Positions 9,702-20,935 of a DNA stretch of 64,000 bases are shown here, piece by piece. The notes beneath the pieces were generated by a model. That model searched no databases. It saw nothing but the letters and a program-made list of their open reading frames with translations, and was not told where the DNA came from. Source of the stretch: Phycisphaerae bacterium (GTDB lineage Bacteria > Planctomycetota > Phycisphaerae > UBA1845 > Fen-1342); assembly GCA_963675745.2 (NCBI GenBank), contig CAXXWX010000015.1:64001-128000 (forward strand), given 5' to 3'. The translations under genes were made by a program, and so were the position numbers. The stretch's first letter is position 1. Each line of letters opens with the position of its first letter.

Positions 9702-10017
9702 GGGTCCGAGTGTCCTTCCGTGAGCCGATCGGTCTGCACAACGGACTGGCCCGCTGCATAATGCCTGCCCAGCATGGCCTGAGGTGCAGGTCATGCATCA
9801 GGACCAGTCGAGCACGAATCGATTGTATCACGCATTCAGCCTGACGCAGCTTCGCCATCGCGACCTGGCCCCATTGACATCCGCGCGGTGCACTGTGTAC
9901 ATGGAGTCTTGCAGGTCGGGTTCGCGGGGCCGACACGAGGGTCTGCAGGGTGCTTCTAAGCTATCAAGTCCATGGCCCCAACCCACACAACTAACGGAAT
10001 ACGATGGAGGTGGAGAC

Positions 10018-11295
10018 ATGTCGTTTGTTAACAACCGCGGAGTGGGAACATTGGCGCTTTGCCTGGCATGCCTGGGAGCACTGGCGGGCTGCGACGGGCT
10101 TACGCCGTCGGTAGTGCCTCCGTCGCCGGTGCAGTTATCCCCGTCGCCGATGGACTTCGGGCAAACCCAGACCGAGATGAATTTGAACATTGCAGCGACA
10201 GACGCCGCCATCTCAACATGGTCCTGCGAAACAACATCGGGCTGGATCACAATCGACCCAACCAACGGCACCGGTGACGGGCAGACCACTGTTATCGTCG
10301 ACCGCAGCGGGCTGACTGCCGGCGAGCACACCGCCGATATCTCTGTAGTGACCGACCTCGGAACGGGCATCGTGCAGGTGACGGTCGAGGTGGTCGAGGG
10401 GGCCGGCCTGACGGGAACGATCGCCTTCGCCAGCGATCGGGCGGGTAACTTCGACATCTACACTATGGATGCCTCCGGCCTGGAGAAGGACGTCGCCCAG
10501 CAAACCAGCGACGAGGCGGACGATGTAAACCCCACATGGTCACGCGACGGCACGCGCTTCGCCTTTGCCAGCAATCGGACGGGCAGGTATCAGATCTACA
10601 CGATGGCTCCGGGTGGTGTCCCGACTTTGCTGATAGAGAGCACGTTCGATGACAACCATCCCAGCTATTCTCCAGATGGCCGGAAGCTCGCGTTCCTCCG
10701 CACGCAGCCCGGCGCCGAGACGCCCGATCTGTTCGTGATTGACCTCGCCCCGGGCAGTGTGCCGATCAGGCTGAACAACATCCAGAACGTCAACTTCGCG
10801 TCCGGTACGAGTTGGAACGCGGCGGACTTGCATATTGGCCCATCCAAGCCTGCCTGGTCGCCGGATTCGTCGAAGGTAATCGTGGCCGGCTACGCCATTG
10901 TGGTGACACAGAAAGCCTCGGACGCGTTTGAGTTCAACGTGGACGATCCCAGCGCCGATATTCGGGCACTCTCCGTCAACCACGGCATCGGCTTCAGTTG
11001 GGAATCGTGGTGCGACTTCTCGCCCGATGCGACGCGACTGGCCCTGGCATGCAGCATCCGCCTTTCGATCATCAACATGACCGGCGGAACAGAGGATCCG
11101 ATTTACGACGCCGGCTGCGACAACGACGCTGCTCCCGATTACTCAGACGACGGCCAGCACATTGCCTTCGGTCCTCGAATTGACGGCAACCGGGACATTT
11201 ACGTGATCGATACGTTTCGGACGGAGGGCTCCTACATGCGCGTACGGTTGACCGACAACGCGGCGGACGACCGGACGCCGGTCTGGAAGCCGTAA
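10018..11295 (+). CDS. Lipoprotein with BACON-like domain and TolB/PD40 beta-propeller
   Basis: LAGC lipobox; WITIDPTNGTG; repeats PTWSRDG, PSYSPDG, AWSPDS; IAFASDRAGNFDIY. Confidence 0.85.
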   Translation: MSFVNNRGVGTLALCLACLGALAGCDGLTPSVVPPSPVQLSPSPMDFGQTQTEMNLNIAATDAAISTWSCETTSGWITIDPTNGTGDGQTTVIVDRSGLTAGEHTADISVVTDLGTGIVQVTVEVVEGAGLTGTIAFASDRAGNFDIYTMDASGLEKDVAQQTSDEADDVNPTWSRDGTRFAFASNRTGRYQIYTMAPGGVPTLLIESTFDDNHPSYSPDGRKLAFLRTQPGAETPDLFVIDLAPGSVPIRLNNIQNVNFASGTSWNAADLHIGPSKPAWSPDSSKVIVAGYAIVVTQKASDAFEFNVDDPSADIRALSVNHGIGFSWESWCDFSPDATRLALACSIRLSIINMTGGTEDPIYDAGCDNDAAPDYSDDGQHIAFGPRIDGNRDIYVIDTFRTEGSYMRVRLTDNAADDRTPVWKP

Positions 11296-11385
11296 GCAAG
11301 CTGATGAGTGGGATGGTCCGCAGAGTGAACCCTAACGTCCTCTCGTCGAACATGAGGCGCCGACGCTGAACTCCCGCGCCGGGCG

Positions 11386-13158
11386 CTAGCGCGTCGCCCC
11401 CGCTGCCACCGCCGCGTTCATTTCGTAGAACGTCTGCGGCTCGTAAGTCCAGCCTTGCTCCAGGCGGCGGGCTTCGCGGGACATTGTGAAGCGCAGGTAA
11501 CGGCCGATGAGCGGTGCCACCAGACGCGATTTCAGCCCGAACTCGCGGTAGATGTCCGCCAGAATACGCGAGATCTTCGCCGACATCGTGGCGTTGCGGC
11601 GGTACCAGTGCCGGGCGGCCCACAGGGCGCCGGCGTATGTGGTGGCCAAGCCGCGGGTGTCCCAGGTGTAGCGCTCGCGGACCCGCCGCTCGGGATGGTT
11701 CTTGTAACGGCGCCAACCCTGGAGCATCGTCCGTGCCAGCCGAATCAGACTCGGCCCATTGACCTCGAAGTCGCGGCAGAACGCGCGCCGCAGAAGCTCA
11801 GTCTCCCGGCCGCCGGTTATGTGCTCGTGTCGATGATTGAACTGGAGTTCTCCGTGGCTGTCGGCCAGCGGACACGCCTCCTCGTCCAGCAGCGTCCCGG
11901 CGGCCTGTTTCTCGGCGTGCAACGGAGTGCCCGGAATCGCCGTGTACAGCGCGAACTGATGGAAATCCGTATCGTGGCTCACGGCGTGGTCGATCGCCGC
12001 GTCGATATTCTCCGGCGTATGCTCTTCCAGCCCGATGATGCTGGAGCCGAGCACGCGAATGCCGTGCGACTGGAGCGTGCGCACAAGACCGTGCGTGTCG
12101 GCACCATCGAGCTTGCCGTACTGCGAGTCCTTACCCTCCAGTCCCATCCAGACCCAGAAGATGCCAAGGCCCACCAGTTGTTCGATGGTGTACGAGCGCA
12201 ACACGTTCGCCGAACTGAAAACGTATAGTGCCCACGACTTGTCGTGTTCAATCATCAGGCTCAGCAGACGCAGAGCCCGCTTGCGGTGCATCAGGAAATT
12301 CTCGTCCATGACGAAGAACGACCTGACCCGCAGATCTCGCTCCAGGCCGCACATGACCTCGAACAGCTCGTCGCCGGTGTCATAAAAGTGAACGCACTTA
12401 CCCTTGCCGCCAAACATCGCCGACGTTGAGCAGAAGTTGCAGCCCATCGGGCAGCCCACCGACGGTATCAGCGTGGCGGCGACCCCACCCCGCTTTTCCG
12501 GCTGGTTGACCCCCAGGATGCGCGCGCCGAAACCGGAGACAATCCGCGGATGCGTAACCGGCCGGCTCTGGTCTTCGCCGAGAAAGCCGCGCATCCAGCG
12601 CACGCCCTCACCCTTCACAATGTGGTCGGCGTCGATCCGCTCGTCCAGATCCGGCAGATTCGCGACGTGACCGCCGACGACGATCTTGGCCGCGGGCAGG
12701 TGCTCGCGGATGAGCTCGCACATCTTCCGCACCTTGCCGACGTTCGGAATGATCGAGCTGATCCCGACGATGTCGTATTCGTTTGTCGCGATCTCCGCGA
12801 CGAAACGCTCCAGGTCGGGGAAATCCAGCAGCGTACACGGGGCGGCGATATTGGCCTGGATCAGCATCAGCCCCCACGATCGGTGGAACATACGCAAGGA
12901 GAAAACTCCCTGCACCCGCGTCACCTGGTTTTGATACAGCTCCATCGGGTTTATCTTGCGGCTGCCGTACTCGTCATCCTGGACATACGGCCCGAAGACG
13001 CTGGTCAACAGCACGCGGGCACGTGATCTCAATGGATGCGTGGGCTGGACCGGTTCCGCGACGCGGGAGCGAGAACCCTCTCTCACACCAACGCGGGCGA
13101 AGTCTGATCCGCATGGCGGCGTCTCAAACGCCGGCGCGATCGTGTTAGTTGTCGTCAT
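11386..13158 (-). CDS. B12-binding radical SAM protein
   Basis: N-terminal B12-binding region (IVVGGHVA), GCPMGCNFC motif, FFVMDENF. Confidence 0.88.
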   Translation of the reverse strand: MTTTNTIAPAFETPPCGSDFARVGVREGSRSRVAEPVQPTHPLRSRARVLLTSVFGPYVQDDEYGSRKINPMELYQNQVTRVQGVFSLRMFHRSWGLMLIQANIAAPCTLLDFPDLERFVAEIATNEYDIVGISSIIPNVGKVRKMCELIREHLPAAKIVVGGHVANLPDLDERIDADHIVKGEGVRWMRGFLGEDQSRPVTHPRIVSGFGARILGVNQPEKRGGVAATLIPSVGCPMGCNFCSTSAMFGGKGKCVHFYDTGDELFEVMCGLERDLRVRSFFVMDENFLMHRKRALRLLSLMIEHDKSWALYVFSSANVLRSYTIEQLVGLGIFWVWMGLEGKDSQYGKLDGADTHGLVRTLQSHGIRVLGSSIIGLEEHTPENIDAAIDHAVSHDTDFHQFALYTAIPGTPLHAEKQAAGTLLDEEACPLADSHGELQFNHRHEHITGGRETELLRRAFCRDFEVNGPSLIRLARTMLQGWRRYKNHPERRVRERYTWDTRGLATTYAGALWAARHWYRRNATMSAKISRILADIYREFGLKSRLVAPLIGRYLRFTMSREARRLEQGWTYEPQTFYEMNAAVAAGATR

Positions 13159-13440
13159 ATAGTGCGTGTCATCCTCTCTCGCCGCGGCACCGTGCTCCAT
13201 CGCGGACCGCGGGGAGGTGGCACATCGCTGGGCGCATATGCTACCAGCGCCCCCCACCGGCGGATACACCCGCCGGGTGCTTTCTGTCGTATAGTGAAAA
13301 CCCCTAGGACGTGAGGATTCAGGCCGTAGCGTCCACCTCCAGTGGCAGACGCTACGGCCAGGGACCGGTTGGAATGTGTGCCGCTACTTGCGAGTATGCG
13401 CAGGGGCCGGCGCTATGCGGACCCGCTGCCCCCGTCCGGC

Positions 13441-14406
13441 CTACGGGATGTCCGCGATCGTCAGACCCCGCACAATGCTGATGCCCGCGTTGCCGGACTC
13501 GTTGTTATTCGCCCACGTGGACACGTCGGAATCTTCAACCGTGTATGTGCCCGCCGGCAGTTCCACGAACGGCGCGCAATGCCAGTATGCGTTCGGCGTG
13601 TTGTTCTGTCCGTCAGTCGCCGTACAGGTCCACGTGCCAATGAGCGTATCATCCGCCGCGCGCAACCCAATCGTCCCCGGCCCGGCCGTACCCTGGCCGT
13701 TGTTCCAGTGGTAGTTGCGTATTGAGGTCACGAGCACGCGGCTTTCGACCGTAAACTGCGTCGGCGTGTTGGGGTCATTCAACACACCGAGGATGTTGTC
13801 GTTGCTGAAGATGATGGGTTCGTCGATCGGGTCCGGCACCGCAACATCGTCGATCGGTATGCCGCGCACAATGCTGATACCCGCATCGCCGGACTCACTG
13901 TTGTTCGCCCACGTGGGCACGTCGGAATCCAGGACTGTGTACGTACCCGCCGGCAAATCGATGGATGGCGCGCAGTGCCAGTATGCATTCGGCGTGTTGT
14001 TCTGCCCGTCAGTCGCCGTGCAGGCCCAGGTTCCGACGAGGGTGTCATCCGCCGCGCGCAACCCGATGATTCCCGGCCCGGCGGTTCCCTGGCCGTTGTT
14101 CCAGTGGTAATTGCGCATCGACGTCACGCGATAGCTGCGGTCGGTTGTGAACTGCGTCGGCGCCGTGGGGTTGTTGGACACGCCAAGAATGTTGTCGTTG
14201 CTGAAGATGACGACTTCGTCGGCCGGGTCCGGCGTATTGGGGTCGGCGGGCGTATTCGGGTCACCGGGCGCGTTGGGATCACCAGGCGCGTTGGGATCGC
14301 CGGGCGCGTTCGGGTCGGCCGTTGACGGACATCCCCCGACCAGCAATGTGAGTGCGACAAAGACGGCACAAGCCGAGATCCCCAGCCACAACTTCTGCGA
14401 TGCCAT
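13441..14406 (-). CDS. Lipoprotein with PNAPGD repeats and a tandemly duplicated ~116-aa domain
   Basis: VGGC lipobox; DPNAPG repeats; two copies of IFSNDNILGV..RNYHWNNGQG..LPAGTYTV, period 396 bp. Confidence 0.8.
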   Translation of the reverse strand: MASQKLWLGISACAVFVALTLLVGGCPSTADPNAPGDPNAPGDPNAPGDPNTPADPNTPDPADEVVIFSNDNILGVSNNPTAPTQFTTDRSYRVTSMRNYHWNNGQGTAGPGIIGLRAADDTLVGTWACTATDGQNNTPNAYWHCAPSIDLPAGTYTVLDSDVPTWANNSESGDAGISIVRGIPIDDVAVPDPIDEPIIFSNDNILGVLNDPNTPTQFTVESRVLVTSIRNYHWNNGQGTAGPGTIGLRAADDTLIGTWTCTATDGQNNTPNAYWHCAPFVELPAGTYTVEDSDVSTWANNNESGNAGISIVRGLTIADIP

Positions 14407-14642
14407 GGTCTTGCTCCTGAGAGGAATAGGCCCCACGGTGGCTACGGCGAACACGAGCGTAACACCGATCGGTGCGTCCGGCAGGCATTCTCACACGGCG
14501 CCGGCATCTCACGTGTCACCCCATCGATGAACACGGTGTATTGCCCCGTGGGACTACTGCTCCGAAGACGGCGCCTCTTGTCAATTTCGGATAATCCGCC
14601 GTCGGACCTTGAGGTCGTTGCCGCGGGCGGATGTAGACCGCG

Positions 14643-15836
14643 CTAGCCAATGTCCCAGGTCTCCGGGCTCCCGCTTCCATTTCCCCGGTCCCTTGTCCCC
14701 GACCATTCCAGCACCAGCAGCGCTACGAGCGCCAATACGGCCGCCAGCGCGTACGGCACCGCCATCCCCCAGGCAAAGGCCTGCCCGGCACATAGCGCGC
14801 CGGCGCTGCGCCCCAGGGCCGTCGCGCTCTGGTGCGCGCCGAGCATGGTGCCCTGGCGGCGGCGCCCCACACAGCGCGACAGCAATGCCGTGATCGTCGG
14901 CATGGTCAGAGCGCCGCCGGCTCCCATCAGGGCCATGCTGAACCAGAGGACGCCCAGCGGCGGCACGAGCGCCATCAGGCCCGCGCCGGCTCCCATGCAG
15001 ATGATCCCGGCCATCGCCGCCAGGCGTTCGCCATAGCGCGGCACCAGCACGCGAATCGCGCCGCCTTGCACCAATGTTGCCGTCACGCCGAACAACACGA
15101 AGATCCCAGCCGTCGCCTCTGCGTCGAAACCGTAGCTGCACTTGGTCAGCGTCGCCAGCGTCGTGGTAATCTGGGCCATAGCGAACATGAGGAGCAGAGT
15201 AACTGTCAGTAGTGGCAATGCGCCGGGCTCGCCCAAGACTGCGCGCAGTGATACGCGTGGCGCGTGCGGCTGCGTGGCGGGTACCGAACGCACAGGGTGG
15301 GTTTCGCGTAACAGGAACACGACGGTAAACAGGGATACGCCCTGGATTGCGGCGCATAGCCAGCCAACGGCTGCGTGGGAACCGAAGTGGGTAACCACCC
15401 CCCCCACCAGCGGACCGATGATCATGGACAATCCAAAAGCCGCCCCGATTATTCCCATCCCCGCGGCGCGCTTTTCGGGATCAGTGCTATCGGCCACGAC
15501 GGCGGCGGAAAGAGCGGCATTCGTGCCGAACGTGCCGGCGAGGGCGCGCGAGACGGCCAACCACTGCAAACTGGGAGCCAGCGCCCAGCCGACCGACGCC
15601 GCGATGTTGCCCATGCTGGCGAGCGCCAACAGTGGTCGCCGGCCAAACCGGTCTGACAGCCGTCCGAAGATCGGGTTGGTCATGACCTTGGGCGCCGACA
15701 TCAGCGCGAACATTACGCCGACCCAGACCGGGCCGCCGCCGAGGTCATCGCAGTAGTAACTCGTCACCGGGAAGACGGCCCAGATCACGAGTCCTTCACA
15801 GAAGACAATCAGAGCCGCGGCGAAGACTGGAGGCAT
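14643..15836 (-). CDS. MFS transporter (TetA/DHA1-like)
   Basis: GRLSDRFGRRP motif A; about 12 hydrophobic segments. Confidence 0.9.
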   Translation of the reverse strand: MPPVFAAALIVFCEGLVIWAVFPVTSYYCDDLGGGPVWVGVMFALMSAPKVMTNPIFGRLSDRFGRRPLLALASMGNIAASVGWALAPSLQWLAVSRALAGTFGTNAALSAAVVADSTDPEKRAAGMGIIGAAFGLSMIIGPLVGGVVTHFGSHAAVGWLCAAIQGVSLFTVVFLLRETHPVRSVPATQPHAPRVSLRAVLGEPGALPLLTVTLLLMFAMAQITTTLATLTKCSYGFDAEATAGIFVLFGVTATLVQGGAIRVLVPRYGERLAAMAGIICMGAGAGLMALVPPLGVLWFSMALMGAGGALTMPTITALLSRCVGRRRQGTMLGAHQSATALGRSAGALCAGQAFAWGMAVPYALAAVLALVALLVLEWSGTRDRGNGSGSPETWDIG

Positions 15837-15890
15837 GGCCGAATATGTTAACGACGGCCGCGCGAGCGGTATAGCCGTGGCCGGCGCGTG

Positions 15891-18227
15891 TCAATCCGGC
15901 TTGAAGCGCATCAGCACCTCGTACACCGCGCCATTCAAGCCATCAAACGCGACGCTGACGGCCGACGTGTCAATATCTTCCTCACTTACCGGGCCGCGCT
16001 TAAGATCACGAATGAGCAGTGTACACGACGCCGGAACGTCCATGTTGAGCGTCACCCGCACGCGCCCCAAGTCCAGTATCTCGCAGGTTAGCGCCAGGTT
16101 GACACGGCGCACCGCGAGATTCGTGATCGTGTATTTCTTGCCGGTCGCGGCCAGACGCTGCGGGATAGCGGGGGCCAGCATGAAACTCACGACGTCGGTG
16201 TCGGCCGGATCGCACAGCGCGTCCGGCTCCCGAAACCCGATGATGCCCCGGATGATCTGCGCCGGCAGCGTACCACCCCAGCCATAGGCCTCGCCCCCCG
16301 GTTCAACGTCGTCCGCCACGGGCCAGTACTCATTGGCCACGCCTGGTATGCGCCAAGCGTAGGGCTTGCCCTTGTCCACCAACCTCACCTCGCGCGCGTC
16401 AGTGCGGGCATATACGCGCTCAGCGATGTCGGCGATGGCTTCCGCGGCCAGCTCGCGGGCTTGTGCGGTCCAGGCGGCTTCGACAAACGCCAGCGTGAAC
16501 GACGGCCATTCGAGCCAAACCTGCGACTGCTCGCAAAGCCGCGCCAGCGCCGGCTTCACAGCCGCAATCTGCTCAGCGGTGGCCACGCCACAGGTCAGCG
16601 GCGCGATCATCATGATGTCCTGGTAGTCCAGCACGATCGGTTTGCCGCTGGCGATATCGACGTCGCGAAACCAACCATCGTCAAACATATCCCGCACGAC
16701 CTTCGTGCGCTGCTCCGCCAGTTCTTTCCAACGGGGCGTATCCTCGGGCGCGTCGGCCACTTCGGAGAAGTGCGCCATCAGCTTCAGCGCCTCGGCCACA
16801 CCGGCCTCGACGTCCACCGCACCAACGCTCTCGGCGATGCCGCCTTCGCGCGCCGGAAAACGCCGCGATCCATCCTGCCCCGACTCCCAATCACATTTGC
16901 AGTGGAAGTAGCCCGTTGTCCCCAGCCGATGTTCAAACCACCATTCCAGATACGCCTTCAGCAGTGGATATAACGCTGTGATCCACTGATCATCACCCGT
17001 GGCGGCATAGATCGCCTTGATCACATGGAACGGAAAGCACCAGGATGGCGCGGTTCCGCACGCCATGCCGTCCGCGGCAATCATGTTCATGGTGCCGTCT
17101 TCGCGCACACACGGCACGTTGGGGGCCGGCGCGTCAGCGAACACGCCCAGCATAACCTCCTTGGCCCGCTCGATATCGGCGTAGTGCAGCGCGAGCATAT
17201 CAACCGCCGTTTCGGCCAGCACGCTCCGCGGCGCGTGTATCTGCATGCCGTCCCAATGGTGCGCGAATAGCCCCGCCGGCGGGCGCACGACCATGCGTAC
17301 GGTTTCAAAGTCGTATACCCAGCCACGCTTCCAGATTTCCGGCCAGTCGCCTTCGAGCAGCGGGCAACTCGACCAGAACGCCTCATCCTCATCAAGCTGC
17401 AATTCGAGCGTCGGCAGCGCCCGATCCAGCGACGACGTGAACTCCTCGAGCGCCCAGGTTTCGTTGGCCCCGCGCACCAGTCCGATCAGCGCCTTGACAC
17501 TCTCGGTCGCCGGAACCGCGAGCTTGTAGGACATCACCGCGTGCAGCGGCCCGGGCCCGCGCACCGAGGCCCCGTTGTTGGAAGACAGGTCGTTTTCGTG
17601 CAGCCAGCCCTGCCACTCGCGCTCCGACGCCGTGGCCTTGTGGGCCACCGACTGCATGTCGCTGCCCAGTACGAAGTAGTCGCCGTAAGCCCAGATCGTG
17701 CTCACGGCGCAATCGGCTTCGCGCACGTACCGCGCCGCCACTCCATCACTCCCCCACCAGCGCGTGTTCCACAAGCCATAGATGTTGGTGGCGTGCAGCA
17801 CGATCATCCGGTCGATGGCCTGTGTGTTGTGTACTTCGATGCGGCAGAACAGCGCGCTCTCGCGCGACAGGAAATACTTCAGGCTGAACACCAGCCCGGC
17901 GCAGATCCAGTCATAGCTCATCATCTGTGTTGTGTGGTACCGCGATCCGAGCGGAATGCGATTGGATATGAAGTCGGCGCTGGTCGCCAGGCGCAGATCA
18001 TCGACGGCTACGGCCATGTTCATGAGCGACAGGTAGTTCACACGCTCCTGGCTGCCGCCGCCGTAACACCCCTTGAACGAACTTCGCCAGAATCCGAAAC
18101 CGAGTGGCGGGACCGAGCGGAGCACCCCGCCCCCACTGCTGCACAACGTGTGCATCGGGTTATCAAGGTAGCCGTGCGGCGTGTAGTCGTTCTCGGGAAA
18201 ACTCTGCGGCACGACAAGATCATTCAT
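15891..18227 (-). CDS. Glycoside hydrolase, (alpha/alpha)6 barrel, GH63/MGH1-like
   Basis: WESGQDGSRRF resembles the WESGxDNSPRF motif; LYPLLKAYLEWW; C-terminal EY..YGW. Confidence 0.65.
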   Translation of the reverse strand: MNDLVVPQSFPENDYTPHGYLDNPMHTLCSSGGGVLRSVPPLGFGFWRSSFKGCYGGGSQERVNYLSLMNMAVAVDDLRLATSADFISNRIPLGSRYHTTQMMSYDWICAGLVFSLKYFLSRESALFCRIEVHNTQAIDRMIVLHATNIYGLWNTRWWGSDGVAARYVREADCAVSTIWAYGDYFVLGSDMQSVAHKATASEREWQGWLHENDLSSNNGASVRGPGPLHAVMSYKLAVPATESVKALIGLVRGANETWALEEFTSSLDRALPTLELQLDEDEAFWSSCPLLEGDWPEIWKRGWVYDFETVRMVVRPPAGLFAHHWDGMQIHAPRSVLAETAVDMLALHYADIERAKEVMLGVFADAPAPNVPCVREDGTMNMIAADGMACGTAPSWCFPFHVIKAIYAATGDDQWITALYPLLKAYLEWWFEHRLGTTGYFHCKCDWESGQDGSRRFPAREGGIAESVGAVDVEAGVAEALKLMAHFSEVADAPEDTPRWKELAEQRTKVVRDMFDDGWFRDVDIASGKPIVLDYQDIMMIAPLTCGVATAEQIAAVKPALARLCEQSQVWLEWPSFTLAFVEAAWTAQARELAAEAIADIAERVYARTDAREVRLVDKGKPYAWRIPGVANEYWPVADDVEPGGEAYGWGGTLPAQIIRGIIGFREPDALCDPADTDVVSFMLAPAIPQRLAATGKKYTITNLAVRRVNLALTCEILDLGRVRVTLNMDVPASCTLLIRDLKRGPVSEEDIDTSAVSVAFDGLNGAVYEVLMRFKPD

Positions 18228-18391
18228 GGTTACACCAGCACCTACCCGCGCGAGTCAAGCCCCCCGCCTCCGCCGACCGGCCACGATGGCGGCGATGGAA
18301 GCCGTCCGAATACCACGGCGGCACGGGGTATTCAACCGGTGAGGGCCGTAAGTTGCAAACCTGTGCCGCGGTATTGTGACGGGCACCCTGC

Positions 18392-19909
18392 TCACTCCGG
18401 CCGCCGGATCCCGTACTTGCGCATGCGATAGCGCAGATTGTCGCGCGTCATGCCGAGTGATTTGGCCGCGCGCGTCTGATTCCAGTCGTGCTCGCGCAGC
18501 GCCTGCACCACCAGCGATTTCTCGTACGCCTCGACCGAAGCGCCAGCGGTATCCACCGACATCATGACGCGCTGTCCGGCAATCTCGGGCGGCAACTGCT
18601 CGGGTTTGATGCTGTCGGAGTCGCAGAGAAGCACGGCGCGCTCGACCACGTTACGCAATTCGCGGATGTTCCCCGGCCAACGGTACGTCGCCAGGAGTGA
18701 CAGGGCTTCCTCGGACGTGGTCAGCGGCCGCGCGCCGAGTTCCTTCACACTGTGGGACACGTAATACTCCACCAACGCCGGAATATCTTCGGTCCGCTCG
18801 CGCAGCGGGGCCACGTGAATCGGGAAGACATTCAGCCGGTAGTACAGGTCCTCGCGAAATCCACCGCTGTCAATAGCCGCCTTCAGGTCGCGGTTGGTGG
18901 CGGCGATGATGCGCACGTCGCACGCGATGGCCTTGGTGCCGCCCACGCGCACAAATTCACGCTCCTGCAAGACGCGCAGCAGCTTGATCTGCGTCGATGG
19001 GCTGATGTCGCCGATCTCGTCCAGAAACAAAGTGCCCCGGTCGGCCAGCTCGAAACGCCCCGCCTTGCGCCCGGCCGCGCCGGTGAAAGCGCCGGCCTCG
19101 TGGCCGAACAGCTCGCTTTCCAGCAGAGTCTCCGGCAAGGCGGCGCAGTTTATGGCGACGAAGGGTTGCTCAGACCGCGGGCTGCGCTCGTGAATCGCCC
19201 GGGCGCAGACTTCCTTGCCGGTCCCGGTCTCACCCAGCAACAACACCGTCGCGTTGGTGCCGGCCACGCGGTCGCACAAACGCTGAACCTCACGCAGTGC
19301 GGCGCTGTCGCCGATGATCGGCCGCTGCCGATGAGCGCCGACGCGCAAACCCAGGTTGGCTCGTTTGATACCCTCATGCCGCTGGGCATTGGCCGTGCTG
19401 ATCGCCGCCAGATTGGCGAACAGACGCAGCAACTCCTTGTCCCGCGGTGTAAAGGGCGCGTCGCCCTTTCTGTTGAGCACCTCGATGACGCCGATCACTT
19501 CGGAGTGCAGGATCATCGGCGCGCCGATTATGCCGCGTGTGACAAAACTCGACTTGTCGTCGAATTCGCGGAAGAAATCGGGGTGCTGATGCGCGTCGGG
19601 CACCAGCACCGGCTGGCCGATGGTCGCAACCCGGCCGGCTATGCCCGCCTGCGCGTCCATCTCCTGCCCCAGCAACCTGTCACTGGTCGTGCCGATCGCC
19701 GCCTCGAACACCAGCCGCTTCCGTCGTTTGTCGAGCAGAAGCACCGAGCTCGCTTCAGCGTTCAAGACTTCGGCCGCCGAGGTGGCAATGGCTTTTAGCG
19801 TTGCGGAGAGATCGAGACTGGAGCTGATCAGCGCTGACGCTTCGACGAGCGCTTTGAGCTCGCGCTCGCCCAACGCCCCTTCGGACAATCTGACGGGCTT
19901 GGTGGACAT
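18392..19909 (-). CDS. Sigma54 enhancer-binding protein (GAF-AAA+-HTH)
   Basis: GAF N-terminus, [29 protein letters not shown], Fis-type HTH. Confidence 0.95.
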   Translation of the reverse strand: MSTKPVRLSEGALGERELKALVEASALISSSLDLSATLKAIATSAAEVLNAEASSVLLLDKRRKRLVFEAAIGTTSDRLLGQEMDAQAGIAGRVATIGQPVLVPDAHQHPDFFREFDDKSSFVTRGIIGAPMILHSEVIGVIEVLNRKGDAPFTPRDKELLRLFANLAAISTANAQRHEGIKRANLGLRVGAHRQRPIIGDSAALREVQRLCDRVAGTNATVLLLGETGTGKEVCARAIHERSPRSEQPFVAINCAALPETLLESELFGHEAGAFTGAAGRKAGRFELADRGTLFLDEIGDISPSTQIKLLRVLQEREFVRVGGTKAIACDVRIIAATNRDLKAAIDSGGFREDLYYRLNVFPIHVAPLRERTEDIPALVEYYVSHSVKELGARPLTTSEEALSLLATYRWPGNIRELRNVVERAVLLCDSDSIKPEQLPPEIAGQRVMMSVDTAGASVEAYEKSLVVQALREHDWNQTRAAKSLGMTRDNLRYRMRKYGIRRPE

Positions 19910-20233
19910 CCTGTTAACCCGTGGAGTTGTGACCGGTTACGACAGCGGTCGCAAACCGACGCCGGAACCCACCGAGCCGCGATCAACACAACCCGGCCCC
20001 GCAGCCCTTACGCCTGCGAGCAGTTGACCCGATAATCCCTCTCTTGGCAAGAGAGCCCAAGCGGCGGCGGAGGTGCCCGGCCCCTTGCGGCACGTGGCAT
20101 CCGTCAGGACGGCCACCGCCCTGGCTGATGACCGGTCATCCGCCGATCCCGACGCCGTTGCCGGATCGGGTTCTTGGCCGAATTATCCACCGTTTCCGAA
20201 CCGCGAGGGCTCGCGGGCGTAGTGAGGTATCAG

Positions 20234-20833
20234 GTGGGAGTGGCTGACCGAACTGATGCTGAGTTGTTGCGCGCACACCTGACCGGTGATTCGACCGCGT
20301 TCGAGGTGCTCACGACCCGTTACGCCAGCGAGTTGTTCCGGTTTGTCCTGCGTTTTATCAACAACGCTGCCGTCGCCGAAGACCTGGTGCAGGAAGCGTT
20401 TATCCAACTTCACGTCTCGGCGGCAACCTTTGACACGCGGCGGCCGCTCAAACCGTGGCTTTACACGATCACGGCCAATAAGGCCCGCGATTATCTGCGC
20501 TCCCGCGGACGCAAGCAGATGCGCTCGCTCGATTCGTCCGGTATCGACGAAGACGGCCCGACGCCGGCTGACACGCTCGAAGCCCCAGGGGCATCCGTAT
20601 CGGATGACGCCGAGGCCGACGAACGCCGCAAGCTCGTCCGCGAGCTGGTGGCCGAAATGCCCGAGCATCTGAAGACCATCCTGCTGCTGGGCTACTTTCA
20701 GCAACTGCCTTATGCCCAGATCGCGGAGATTCTCGAGATCCCCGTCGGAACGGTGAAATCACGCCTTCACGCGGCGGTCTCACATTTTGCCGGATTATGG
20801 CGAAGTCACGGCGAACACACAGAATCCGCGTGA
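20234..20833 (+). CDS. ECF sigma factor
   Basis: AEDLVQEAF, KPWLYTI, EIPVGTVKSRLH. Start uncertain. Confidence 0.93.
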   Translation: MGVADRTDAELLRAHLTGDSTAFEVLTTRYASELFRFVLRFINNAAVAEDLVQEAFIQLHVSAATFDTRRPLKPWLYTITANKARDYLRSRGRKQMRSLDSSGIDEDGPTPADTLEAPGASVSDDAEADERRKLVRELVAEMPEHLKTILLLGYFQQLPYAQIAEILEIPVGTVKSRLHAAVSHFAGLWRSHGEHTESA

Positions 20834-20935
20834 CGTATGCACAGTTGTATCCCGGGTCGCAGTCGTTGACCGTCTGATCAACCCTGGATCTGCTAATCCC
20901 GGACCCGTTCGCCGGAACCAATAGGTACTACGCAC

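Noticed and set aside
19910..20230. Sigma54 promoter near the enhancer-binding protein gene
   Set aside because: TGGCA half-sites are present but lack a correctly spaced TTGC.
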